DNA of 32,000 nt. It comes from Raphidiopsis brookii D9. GTDB lineage: Bacteria; Cyanobacteriota; Cyanobacteriia; Cyanobacteriales; Nostocaceae. Within the stretch, counting starts at the first letter, position 1, and every line of letters begins with the position of its first letter. The notes under the pieces are model-generated. The model made no database searches, was not told the origin of the DNA, and saw only the letters and a program-made list of their open reading frames with translations. This document shows, one piece after another, positions 19,990 to 29,304 of this stretch. Both the position numbers and the translations under genes were made by a program. Location: positions 90,001-122,000 of the forward strand of contig ACYB01000020.1 of the NCBI GenBank assembly GCA_000175855.1. Reading direction: 5' to 3'.

Positions 19990-21030
19990 CTAGGAGTTTT
20001 TATAATAATCCATTCCCTTATTCACAAACCTGAGAGTATAAGCCTGTTTGTAATTTGTCTTGGCATCAACAATACCCACGGACACTAAATCTTTAAATAA
20101 AGTTTCCCAGCGTTGGTCGTTCATTGCCCCAATTCCCAAAGTTTTAGCATCTCCTGACATAATTACCTCATAAGCTTTTAGTTGATTAAGTCCATAATCC
20201 ATCAAATCTTCAGTCATTTCTGGGTTATCTTTTTTAATCAGTTTATTGGCGGGTTGAGGATTTTCCAGATAACTATACCATCCCTTAATTGATGCATCAA
20301 CAAACTGTTGCACTAAGTCTGGATTGGTTTCGACTAATTTTTTAGTAGTTTCTATGGTAAAAGCATAGGGATTATACACTGCATCAGCTAAGAGTAATAT
20401 ATTAGGTTTAAATCCACCTTCTTTTTCAATTGTATAAGGTTCGGATGTTAATAAACCTTGTTGGGCGGAATTTTTATCCAATAAAAAGGGGCTTACATTA
20501 AAATTATAAGGGCGTTTTTGGTCATCACTTAACCCATATTTTGCTTTGATTATCGGCCAATAGTCTACCCCGATACTGAGATAAATTGGTTTGCCTTTTA
20601 AGTCCTCAAACGAATCATTACCAACTCCAGGATGGGTTAATAAAACTTGGATTTCTTTTTGAAAAATAGAGGCAACAGTTATTTTTGGAATCTCTTGTTC
20701 TACGGCTTTAATGGCATTAAGACCGCCCCCAATTATGAAATCAACAACCCCTCCCATCAATAGTTGGGTTCCATTCGTTTGGGGACTACCCGGTTGAATG
20801 GTGACATCTAGTCCATATTGGCGATAAATTCCCTTTGCTACTGCTTGATAAAATCCACCATATTCTGCTTCCGCTTTCCAAGAAAGCAGAAGTTTAATAG
20901 ATTCGGCAGATTGTGAACTTGAAAATGTAGAACTTGACTGACTGCAACCGGTAGAAATGCTACCAGCCAAAGCTAAAGAACTCAGTTTGATGAATTGACG
21001 ACGTTTGAGTTGATAATATTTTTCCATCAT
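19990..21030 (-). CDS. ABC transporter substrate-binding lipoprotein, NMT1/THI5-like family
   Basis: Tat/lipoprotein-like N-terminus KRRQFIKLSSLALAGSISTGCSQ; LLLSWKAEAEYGGFYQAVAKGIYRQYGLDVTI typical of NMT1/THI5-like binding proteins. Confidence 0.85.
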   Translation of the reverse strand: MMEKYYQLKRRQFIKLSSLALAGSISTGCSQSSSTFSSSQSAESIKLLLSWKAEAEYGGFYQAVAKGIYRQYGLDVTIQPGSPQTNGTQLLMGGVVDFIIGGGLNAIKAVEQEIPKITVASIFQKEIQVLLTHPGVGNDSFEDLKGKPIYLSIGVDYWPIIKAKYGLSDDQKRPYNFNVSPFLLDKNSAQQGLLTSEPYTIEKEGGFKPNILLLADAVYNPYAFTIETTKKLVETNPDLVQQFVDASIKGWYSYLENPQPANKLIKKDNPEMTEDLMDYGLNQLKAYEVIMSGDAKTLGIGAMNDQRWETLFKDLVSVGIVDAKTNYKQAYTLRFVNKGMDYYKNS

Positions 21031-21258
21031 TTTTTATGGTTTGAGTTGGATCCCATAAACTTTTACAGATTTACACAACTATTATTAATGATTTAGGGTA
21101 TTTTTGGCAATATGGCGGTATGCAGCCAGATTGATTGTATAATTAGGAAGTTAACTAACTAGACAATGGGTGAAATTGTTCACGACTAGACCAAGACTAA
21201 TATAAATAATTTAAATAGATAGTATAAGATTCAACCATTATTAAAAACAATAATAAAA

Positions 21259-21909
21259 ATGAAAAACACATTAACACAGGAAGAATTAAATCAAATTATT
21301 CGAGAGGTGCAATCCTTAGAATTACGTCAGGAGTCAGAATTTGATCGAGAACAGATTCAGGAAATATTGAGGGAGTTGAACTTACCACCAGAATTATTAG
21401 ATCAGGCCTTAATTGGACTACATAATCGTCAAAGACTAGAAGTGAAAAAGCGCCGCAACAAATGGATAGTTATGGGTACAGTTAGTGTAGTTAGCGTAAT
21501 TGTTCTTGCCATAGGATTTTTTAATCAAAAACAGGCTAACTTGCTAACCAAGGTTTCTGTCCAACAGGATAAAATTGTTCTAAGTAGTCAACTAGATGCA
21601 AAAAATGTTACCATGGAGAAGATTATTCCCAAAGACGCTATTAATCCTCAATCCAACAGTGAGATTTTATATGTCGTAACCTTAAAAGATGCACCCCTGG
21701 GGAGAAAATTATCTATGAGCTGTAATTGGATAAATCCCCAGGGCGAAATTGTCAAGCAGAATAATTATCAAACTCGGGAAATTAAAACCTCTGTTTGGGA
21801 AACCCGCTGTCGTTATTCAGTGGATACTGATGTATCCACTGGTAATTGGCAAGTAGAGATGTTTCTGGAAAATCGAGAAATTAGCCAGGAACAGTTCGTC
21901 ATTAAATAA
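21259..21909 (+). CDS. Hypothetical protein with single TM segment
   Basis: 216 aa; RNKWIVMGTVSVVSVIVLAIGFF TM preceded by a charged helical N-terminal region. Confidence 0.6.
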   Translation: MKNTLTQEELNQIIREVQSLELRQESEFDREQIQEILRELNLPPELLDQALIGLHNRQRLEVKKRRNKWIVMGTVSVVSVIVLAIGFFNQKQANLLTKVSVQQDKIVLSSQLDAKNVTMEKIIPKDAINPQSNSEILYVVTLKDAPLGRKLSMSCNWINPQGEIVKQNNYQTREIKTSVWETRCRYSVDTDVSTGNWQVEMFLENREISQEQFVIK

Positions 21910-22015
21910 TTTTAATTAAATTAAATAGATGTGAACTCACTTTTTCTGTTGACAGTTTATATGGTGAGATGCTAGAATAGCAGCGCGGCGAAGGCTTGGT
22001 ATATCAGGTAAATGT

Positions 22016-23851
22016 ATGAACAGGGAATCCCTTAAGGAAGGAAGCGTCAACAATCATATTATTGGATATTGTAGTGACAAGCAACAAGAAAAGCTAACCA
22101 GAAAGATCCAGGGTAGAAAAAAAACCATCAAAAATGGCAAATTTATTTGTGAAGTAATTGACATTGGATACAAAACGGTAGCTAGAAGAGGGAAAAAAAC
22201 CGCCAGAGGAGAGAATATTGATCATGTTATTGTCAGCATTTGTGCAGGGAGAATTGGCAATGCTGACATTTGGGTAAAGTGGGAACATAACAAGTTAATT
22301 TTGGGTAGAGAAATATTTGGCAGAGTTCCCTTATTTTGGACCTGTACAAAAGATGTTATTTGGTTTAGCTCCCAGTTACAATTACTTTTACAGATTCTGG
22401 ATAAATGGGAAATTTATCTTCCTAGTTTATATAGTTATTGTTGTTTCTCATATATAACTAATCCCCTAATGCCCGTGGAGGGAGTATTCTCTGTAATTGC
22501 GGGTCAAGAGATAGTTTTTAGTCTGGATAATCACTTTAATGAAGCAGGAAATATTCCCCCTAAGATTAATTCTCCTCAAGTTAGAACAACTTATCAATGG
22601 CGGGAAAATCCAGAGAAGATAACCGATGAAACAGTGGCAATTTACCAATTGCAGAACTTATTGAAAAATGCCATAGAAAACCAAGTTCAGGATTTAAATC
22701 ATGAACCTGTAGGAGTTTTTTTATCTGGTGGTTTAGACTCTTCTATAGTTGCTGCTTTGTTGGTAGAATCTGGAGTGAAAGTTCGTGCTTATGCTTTAGA
22801 CTTTGGTGAGTTTGGCACTTCTGAATATCCATACGCGCAAAAAGTAGCAGAGTTTTTGAACATACCTCTTGTGAAAGTTGATGTGAGTCCTAAAAATATT
22901 AAAAAAGCCATTATTCCTACAGTTAAAGCCCTAGATTTACCCTTCGGTGATGGTGTTACCGTTCCCCTATATTTAATCAATCAAATTGCCTCACAAGAAA
23001 CTCAAATTGTTTTTAATGGCGAAGGGGGAGATCAACTGTTTGCAGGTTGGACAAATAAACCCCTAATTGCTGCTGGCGTTTATCAAAATCAATATTCCCA
23101 ACATCCTGAAAATGCCAGTTTTATTCAACAATATCTACACACCTTTCATCGTCTATGGGGTTATGAATCCAAAGTATATCAGGCAGAAACTTATGACCAG
23201 ATTCGGCAATTAAATGCCCAAGAATGGCTATTAGATGCTCTCGATAGTCATTTTTGTCCTTCCTTGTTACATCGTCTGCGTCGTGCCAACTTAATGTTAA
23301 AAGGATCCCAAAATATTCACCCCCGTGCTACAGCCATTAGTTTTGCAAATGGTTTAAATGTGCGATCGCCATTTTGTGATTTAGCCCTAGCTGAATGGAC
23401 ATTTCAGCTATCCGGAGAATTGTGTTTACAAGGTGCTTGCGAGAAGTATATTCTCAAACGTGCTGTAGAAAATTGGCTACCAGCAGAAATTGTATGGAGA
23501 CAAAAGCGGGGTATGGGGGTTCCCCTGACTTCCTGGTGTTTAAATGATTTATGGTATGATCTGGGTAACTGGCTAAATCCAGGTATTCTAGGAGAAGAAA
23601 ATATTTTTTATCCCGATATAGGGATAAAAGTTATCACAGGAAAATTAGGAGGAAACATCCATGGGAGACGGATAGGTGAGATACTTTGGTTACTAATTAT
23701 GTGGCAACTTTGGTACACTCACGTTTTTGGTGTTAACCCGACAGCAACGTCTAGCAAAAAGTCCAGCAATCATCCATTTTTACTACCCTATTGGTTATGG
23801 AAAGGATACAGAAAGTTCACCGAAAATCTGATGGAGAGTCTCCCGGTTTAG
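22016..23851 (+). CDS. Asparagine synthetase (AsnB)-fold amide synthetase with degenerate N-terminal glutaminase domain
   Basis: ATP-pyrophosphatase P-loop VGVFLSGGLDSS, FNGEGGDQLFAG, GMGVPLTSW. No Met-Cys-Gly N-terminus; the N-terminal domain is divergent. Confidence 0.85.
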   Translation: MNRESLKEGSVNNHIIGYCSDKQQEKLTRKIQGRKKTIKNGKFICEVIDIGYKTVARRGKKTARGENIDHVIVSICAGRIGNADIWVKWEHNKLILGREIFGRVPLFWTCTKDVIWFSSQLQLLLQILDKWEIYLPSLYSYCCFSYITNPLMPVEGVFSVIAGQEIVFSLDNHFNEAGNIPPKINSPQVRTTYQWRENPEKITDETVAIYQLQNLLKNAIENQVQDLNHEPVGVFLSGGLDSSIVAALLVESGVKVRAYALDFGEFGTSEYPYAQKVAEFLNIPLVKVDVSPKNIKKAIIPTVKALDLPFGDGVTVPLYLINQIASQETQIVFNGEGGDQLFAGWTNKPLIAAGVYQNQYSQHPENASFIQQYLHTFHRLWGYESKVYQAETYDQIRQLNAQEWLLDALDSHFCPSLLHRLRRANLMLKGSQNIHPRATAISFANGLNVRSPFCDLALAEWTFQLSGELCLQGACEKYILKRAVENWLPAEIVWRQKRGMGVPLTSWCLNDLWYDLGNWLNPGILGEENIFYPDIGIKVITGKLGGNIHGRRIGEILWLLIMWQLWYTHVFGVNPTATSSKKSSNHPFLLPYWLWKGYRKFTENLMESLPV

Positions 23852-25086
23852 TTACAGATCCAACTACGAGTCCCACCATACCTTTTTCCTTAGAATTGGC
23901 TGAGGAATTGTTAGGTACTTATGGCTCTCCTCTGTACGTTTACGATAGCGACATTTTAAATCAAACCATTGCCCATATTACCAAGTCCTTTAAATATCCC
24001 GAAACCAGATTTTATTTTGCCACTGTCACCAATGGTAATATTGCCCTGTTGAAAGTTTTTAAAAATGCCCATTGGGGACTACATGCGAACACACCGGGAG
24101 ATATTTATTTAGGGTTAAGTGCAGGGTTTGCACCCGATAGCATTATATATAGCGGTACTAACTTAAATCGGGAGGAGATAGAGCAGGTATTAAGTTGGGG
24201 TGTAACTACCCTAAATTTGGATAGTCTTGCCCAAGTGCAATTGTTATGTGAAGTTTGTTCATCTCTTAAAAATACAGCAGGAAAAGGGAAAAACTTAAAT
24301 ACATTTAGTCGATTAAACCAGTTAGATATTGGACTGCGGTTAAATGTTGGAGGAGAGAGTCGAATTGGGGTGAGATTACAAGACTTTAACACAGCGATTG
24401 CTATAGCCAAAAATGTGGGATTGGAGATTTCAGGTTTACATTTTTATCGAGGTACAGGAACTAATGCGACCAAAGCATTCACCGATGCAATTGATGAAGT
24501 TTTAGTAGCTGCTCAAAATTTACCACACTGGAAATATATAGACTTTGGTGGTGGTTTTGGTTATCCCTATAATCACCAAGGAATTGCTTTTGATTGGGAA
24601 TTATTTGGAGGAGAGATCATTCAAAGAATTAGTAACTTAGATAGAACAATCAAATTAATCATTGAACCAGGACGTGCTGCTATAGCTAGTTGTGGTACTT
24701 TACTGGCCAAAGTTGTTTCAGTCAAATGGCAAGATAACAAGCAAATTTTAGGAGTAGATTCCACAGTTGGTAATATTGCTGTCCCCTCCGTTTATGGAGG
24801 TTATCGAGAAATTATTAGTTGGAAAAATCACAGTCCTAAATATATCACAGATATTTGTGGAAATACCACCTACTCACGGGATTATCTGGGTAAAAATTGC
24901 CAACTTCCCTCTCTAGAGATGGGAGATATTATCGGTATTTTAGACGTAGGTGCTTATGGTTATGCTATGTCCTCTCATTTTTTACATCGTCCTAAACCAG
25001 GAGAGGTATTATTGGAGAATAGTCAACATCGTCTAATTAGAAACCGGGAGGACTACAGTGTTTTATTGACTAATCAGATATGGTAA
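23791..25086 (+). CDS. Fold-type III PLP decarboxylase homologue (DAP/ornithine decarboxylase-like), atypical active site
   Basis: SPLYVYDSDILNQTIAHI, YIDFGGGFGYPYN, IIEPGRAAIASCGTL, ILDVGAYGYAMSSHFLHRPKP. The YAxKAN lysine motif reads RFYFATVTNGN. Overlaps the upstream ORF; first ATG at 23797. Confidence 0.85.
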   Translation: MVMERIQKVHRKSDGESPGLVTDPTTSPTIPFSLELAEELLGTYGSPLYVYDSDILNQTIAHITKSFKYPETRFYFATVTNGNIALLKVFKNAHWGLHANTPGDIYLGLSAGFAPDSIIYSGTNLNREEIEQVLSWGVTTLNLDSLAQVQLLCEVCSSLKNTAGKGKNLNTFSRLNQLDIGLRLNVGGESRIGVRLQDFNTAIAIAKNVGLEISGLHFYRGTGTNATKAFTDAIDEVLVAAQNLPHWKYIDFGGGFGYPYNHQGIAFDWELFGGEIIQRISNLDRTIKLIIEPGRAAIASCGTLLAKVVSVKWQDNKQILGVDSTVGNIAVPSVYGGYREIISWKNHSPKYITDICGNTTYSRDYLGKNCQLPSLEMGDIIGILDVGAYGYAMSSHFLHRPKPGEVLLENSQHRLIRNREDYSVLLTNQIW

Positions 25087-25156
25087 TAGTTATTATTTTC
25101 AAGTGTTGGGCTAGATTACTGTAGATTACTTTAGATCAATCAAGATTACTAAAACC

Positions 25157-26461
25157 ATGAAATGTGTAAACTGCGGAACTGATAACAAGCTAAGGGACAG
25201 AAAAGAAAGGAATGGAAGATGTAAACAATGTCATCACCAGTTCACTTTTGAACCAACAGATATGGGAGCGGTAAAAATTACAGATGCCATGTTTTCTAAA
25301 ACGTTGGCTGATATCTCTGTCAATCATACGTTACATTTTACAAATAAACAGTTTTTATATTTTTTAGATAGTCGTCTGAAGAAGAAAGCATTTAAATCCT
25401 CTGGTTTTTGGATACTGTACTTTTCGTTGAGTATTTTCCTAGCATCTATTTTTGGAATAGTGGGCAATTTAATTTTGCAAGTGTTATTTGTTACTTACTT
25501 ATTTCTCCTTGCTCAGTCCAATAAACTTGATAGTTTTACTCGCAGAAATAGTGCCAAGAGATTGGTGTTTGTTGGCGTATTCATCTTAATATTTAGCACA
25601 TTATTGTGGTGGTCATCTTACAATGTAAACTTGATTTTTTATTCCTTCACCTTTTTAGGAATCTTGTCAGTATTATTGGGAATACTCCAATTAGTCAGGA
25701 TTAAAAATTCACGAGACTTAGGATATGATAGTCAAGAATTTTTAATTACTCAGTCAAATGTCAATGATTGGTTAGCAAGATGGCAATTATTGAATGGCAA
25801 AGTTGATAAAATCTTACCGGAAACACCAACCGAAATTGAAGCAGCATCTATTAATCCAGAAATAACCGCTTACAGTTTTGATAGACTAGTGGTTTGTAGT
25901 AGTCCCAGTATAGCTCAAGTGTTAATTGCTAATAACTTACATTTTGAGCATAATTGTGCAATTTTAAGTATGAATGGTTATCCTGAAAATATTTTTGGGA
26001 TAACCATGGAAATGTTAAAAAGAAACCCTAATTTACAGATTTTTGCTTTACATGATTGTAGTCCTGAAGGTGTGAGTTTAGTAAATTATATTCGCACCGA
26101 TGAAAATTGGTTTTTAAATAGTCAACTCCCCATTATTGATATTGGGTTATTACCAAGACAAATTCTAGGCAATAAGGGAGGAATGTTTATACAAAATACA
26201 GCTACCTCAGCGGAAAAATCCAAGAACTTACCCATGGAAATTCGTCAAACTCTATCTGCTCAAGAATTAGCTTGGTTAGATGCTGGTAACTTTATCGAGT
26301 TAGAATCCTTTTCACCACAAACATTGATTCAAGTGATTAGAAATGCTATTTCTAGAAGTTTTGATTTAGTACCTGATAGTAATGGTTTATTAGTAATCAG
26401 CGATCCAGTTAATTATGTTGATACTAATAATAGTATTTACATGATTGAAAGTTTTGGTTAA
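25157..26461 (+). CDS. Hypothetical zinc-ribbon / multi-TM protein with C-terminal globular domain
   Basis: N-terminal CVNC...CKQC zinc-ribbon, two or more TM helices (FWILYFSLSIFLASIFGIVGNLILQVLFVTYLFLL; RLVFVGVFILIFSTLLWW), then ~220 aa soluble region. Confidence 0.75.
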   Translation: MKCVNCGTDNKLRDRKERNGRCKQCHHQFTFEPTDMGAVKITDAMFSKTLADISVNHTLHFTNKQFLYFLDSRLKKKAFKSSGFWILYFSLSIFLASIFGIVGNLILQVLFVTYLFLLAQSNKLDSFTRRNSAKRLVFVGVFILIFSTLLWWSSYNVNLIFYSFTFLGILSVLLGILQLVRIKNSRDLGYDSQEFLITQSNVNDWLARWQLLNGKVDKILPETPTEIEAASINPEITAYSFDRLVVCSSPSIAQVLIANNLHFEHNCAILSMNGYPENIFGITMEMLKRNPNLQIFALHDCSPEGVSLVNYIRTDENWFLNSQLPIIDIGLLPRQILGNKGGMFIQNTATSAEKSKNLPMEIRQTLSAQELAWLDAGNFIELESFSPQTLIQVIRNAISRSFDLVPDSNGLLVISDPVNYVDTNNSIYMIESFG

Positions 26462-26476
26462 GTTTATACATAAAAT

Positions 26477-28213
26477 TCATCGTTGGGATTTATTGACCTG
26501 TAACCAAATTTCTAAACTAACCAACAACCATAATTTCACACCATATCTTCCCCAAGTATCACCTTGAAAATCCAACCAGTTACGGATAATATCCTGATTT
26601 ATATAGTTGGCAATTTCACCGTTTTTGTTCAATAACAATTTTCTGGCTTGTTTTTGCCAATATTTTCTAAACCCTAATTGTACGGGAACCATCATACCAC
26701 TTTTAGGACGCTGAATGATTTCCTTAGGCAAAATATTACTGACCGCGTTTTTAAAAACGGCTTTTTCCTCAACTCCTGAAAGTTTATACTCCGGAGGAAT
26801 TTGCATACTAAAATCAACTATACGCCGATCAAATAGAGGTGATAACCCTTGCAAACCAGCTCCTTGAGTGAGATTATTAACCTTGGTTAAAATATGGTCT
26901 GCTCCCTTAAATTTGATATTTAATATCATTAATCTGTTGAGATAATTTATCTTAGCATTTAAATCATCAACAAATACACAGGGTTGGTTTACTAGAGTCT
27001 GCCAAACTTCAGTTTTTAGCAGTTGCGGTAGGTCTAGAGCGCATTTTTGAAAAGATATTAAATAGGCTTTTAAAGAATCTTGATGATTAATTCTACTATA
27101 TAAACTATTAATCAACATTGGTTGATTTTTGGGTCCACCAAAACAGGGATCTCCCCCTTCTCCATTCAAGATAATTTGCACATTTTCTCTAGCCAATTTG
27201 CCCAACAATAAATTTGGTACTGTCAATGGGTCACCTATAGGGTTATCCAGATATAACATAGTTTGTGGTAAAAGTTCCCACATTTGTTTAAATGTAATTT
27301 CTAAAATGTGATGTTCGGTTTGACAATGTTGGGCAACTAAACTAGAAAATTCGAGTTCGTTAGGTGTTTCGGTGCCAAAATGAATGGAATATGTATGAAC
27401 TGGTGAATTATGAAATTTTCTGGTCAATGCTGTAATACTACTAGAATCCAATCCACCGGAGAGAAATACTCCCACGGGTTGATTTTCAGGTAAATATTCT
27501 TTGACAACTTGTTCCAGTAAACAACGTAATTTTTCACCATACCATTCCAGAGGTTGATATGGTTCTATAATATTCTCTTTTAATTGCCAATAATGAGTAA
27601 TTTCATGGGATGGAATTTTTAAAAATGTCCCTTGAGCAATTTCTTGCACATTTTGCCAAAGTGTCTTTGTTCCGGGAACAAATGCACAACATAAATAATC
27701 TCGTAATGCAATTAGATCCAACTGATGGTAGTGGTAAGGTGCAAGAGTTGTTAATTTAGGAGCTATGTAATATGTGCCACGATCAAGAGTGTAATATAAA
27801 TTCTTTTTCCCTATGGCATCCCTAATCAAGTATAATTCTTGTTGGTTCCTATCCCAAATGACAATATTAAACATTCCCAATAACATGGTCAATGATTGAT
27901 GGTTGTATTTTTCCCACAGTTGGGCTACTATTTGTTGATCACTAATTTCAGTATGATTATCAAGACATAACTTTTCTAAAAGTTGCCAGCGATTACTCAA
28001 CCATATATCACCCATGATAATAAATCTTTGCTTGGGACTAACACTGAAATTCTCTGAGGAAACAAAGGCGATTTTTCGATCTTGCCAAATTATCTTCTCC
28101 CTTGATTTATTGATCTCATCCAGGTTACCATAGACCACAAACCAACTGGGAATTAAGTCAAGATGTCCCGGTGGGAATTGACGATTTGGTCCAAGTTTAA
28201 AAAACATTCTCAC
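26477..28213 (-). CDS. Second asparagine synthetase (AsnB)-fold amide synthetase, no N-terminal Cys
   Basis: VGVFLSGGLDSSSITAL, IILNGEGGDPCFGG, RPKSGMMVPVQLGF; N-terminus MRMFFKLGPNRQF... lacks the Cys2 nucleophile. Confidence 0.87.
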   Translation of the reverse strand: MRMFFKLGPNRQFPPGHLDLIPSWFVVYGNLDEINKSREKIIWQDRKIAFVSSENFSVSPKQRFIIMGDIWLSNRWQLLEKLCLDNHTEISDQQIVAQLWEKYNHQSLTMLLGMFNIVIWDRNQQELYLIRDAIGKKNLYYTLDRGTYYIAPKLTTLAPYHYHQLDLIALRDYLCCAFVPGTKTLWQNVQEIAQGTFLKIPSHEITHYWQLKENIIEPYQPLEWYGEKLRCLLEQVVKEYLPENQPVGVFLSGGLDSSSITALTRKFHNSPVHTYSIHFGTETPNELEFSSLVAQHCQTEHHILEITFKQMWELLPQTMLYLDNPIGDPLTVPNLLLGKLARENVQIILNGEGGDPCFGGPKNQPMLINSLYSRINHQDSLKAYLISFQKCALDLPQLLKTEVWQTLVNQPCVFVDDLNAKINYLNRLMILNIKFKGADHILTKVNNLTQGAGLQGLSPLFDRRIVDFSMQIPPEYKLSGVEEKAVFKNAVSNILPKEIIQRPKSGMMVPVQLGFRKYWQKQARKLLLNKNGEIANYINQDIIRNWLDFQGDTWGRYGVKLWLLVSLEIWLQVNKSQR

Positions 28214-28282
28214 TCCTTACTATTGCTTAACCTGTTGGTGTAACCTTTAGTATAACTAATCAAACTAATCATTTAACCTAAA

Positions 28283-29020
28283 ATGAATGATCAAAACATG
28301 ATCAAAACAATTTTCGTTCCCCAGGGATCAGAGTACCAAGCTGTTTATCGTGGATTAAATTCTGTGTTCAGGAATTCTGTCTCTAATTCAAAGATACAAG
28401 TCATTGGCATACCTATGGGCATTTCATCACTTCAAGAATTCCTCACAAGGAAATATCAACACCTAAAGCAATCAAATCAAAGAATATTACTTATGGGACT
28501 ATGTGGTAGTCTCCACGGAAGTTATCGTGTGGGTGATACTGTATTATATGAAAAGTGTATATATGATAAAAAACAATTAGATAAGACAAATCCAGTAAAC
28601 TCAATAAATCAAATAAACTGCGACATTAGTTTAACTCAAGATATATATGAGCGTATTGGAAATAGGGTATCGTTAGTGAGGGGAATAACAAGTGATACAG
28701 TAGTTTTTAAATCCTCTGAAAAACGGAGTCTACATCAAAAATTTGGTGCTGATGTGGTGGACATGGAAGGATTTGGGTTCCTAGAGTTTTTCCAGGGAAC
28801 AGGGATATCCACCGCAATACTAAGAGTTGTTAGTGATGATTCAATTCATGACATACCAGACTTGACCAAAGCTATCAACTCCCAAGGTTTACTGGAGATC
28901 TTACCTTTAGTAATCACTTTAACTCGACAACCTATAGCTGCTAGTCACTTAATTAGGGGTTCACTATGCGGATTAAAGCAATTAGAGACAGTAACTAGGT
29001 GTTTAGCAATTCAGGAGTAA
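28283..29020 (+). CDS. Nucleoside phosphorylase / MTA-SAH nucleosidase superfamily protein
   Basis: LLMGLCGSLHGSYRVGDTVLYE...GADVVDMEGFGFLEFF matches the phosphorylase-superfamily GxxGG-like and MEg motifs. Confidence 0.75.
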   Translation: MNDQNMIKTIFVPQGSEYQAVYRGLNSVFRNSVSNSKIQVIGIPMGISSLQEFLTRKYQHLKQSNQRILLMGLCGSLHGSYRVGDTVLYEKCIYDKKQLDKTNPVNSINQINCDISLTQDIYERIGNRVSLVRGITSDTVVFKSSEKRSLHQKFGADVVDMEGFGFLEFFQGTGISTAILRVVSDDSIHDIPDLTKAINSQGLLEILPLVITLTRQPIAASHLIRGSLCGLKQLETVTRCLAIQE

Positions 29021-29049
29021 GTCCCTGAAATACCCAACAAATCAGGGAC
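29021..29049. terminator. 8-bp perfect inverted repeat directly after the phosphorylase stop codon (possible terminator)
   Basis: GTCCCTGA-(13 nt)-TCAGGGAC; no downstream T tract. Confidence 0.4.
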
Positions 29050-29304
29050 AGGCAAAATTGAAGCAAATTCAGTTCTTTAACAATCACTATTAAATGAATC
29101 ATCAAATTGCTGATAGTAGTATTTGAGAATCAAAAAACATTTTAAAAGAATCATTAGGGACAAGTTGACGCAGATGCTGAATATAGCCATCCATATCTGA
29201 CTTACTGCGAAAGCGAGCAACAATACGCTGCATTAGGTTAAGTAAGAAATAGGCGTTCAGTCTAGCACTAGTTGCCAAAAGTTAGCAAGTGGATAACTAG
29301 TTAA

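Noticed and set aside
21031-21258. Possible TPP riboswitch upstream of the NMT1/THI5-like transporter
   Set aside because: I could not find the conserved thi-box elements, so transporter specificity remains unassigned.
21910-22015. Ribosomal precursor peptide for a lasso- or RiPP-type cluster
   Set aside because: Only a trivial 14-codon GTG ORF was visible in the gap, with no leader/core features and no B2/PqqD partner; not supportable.
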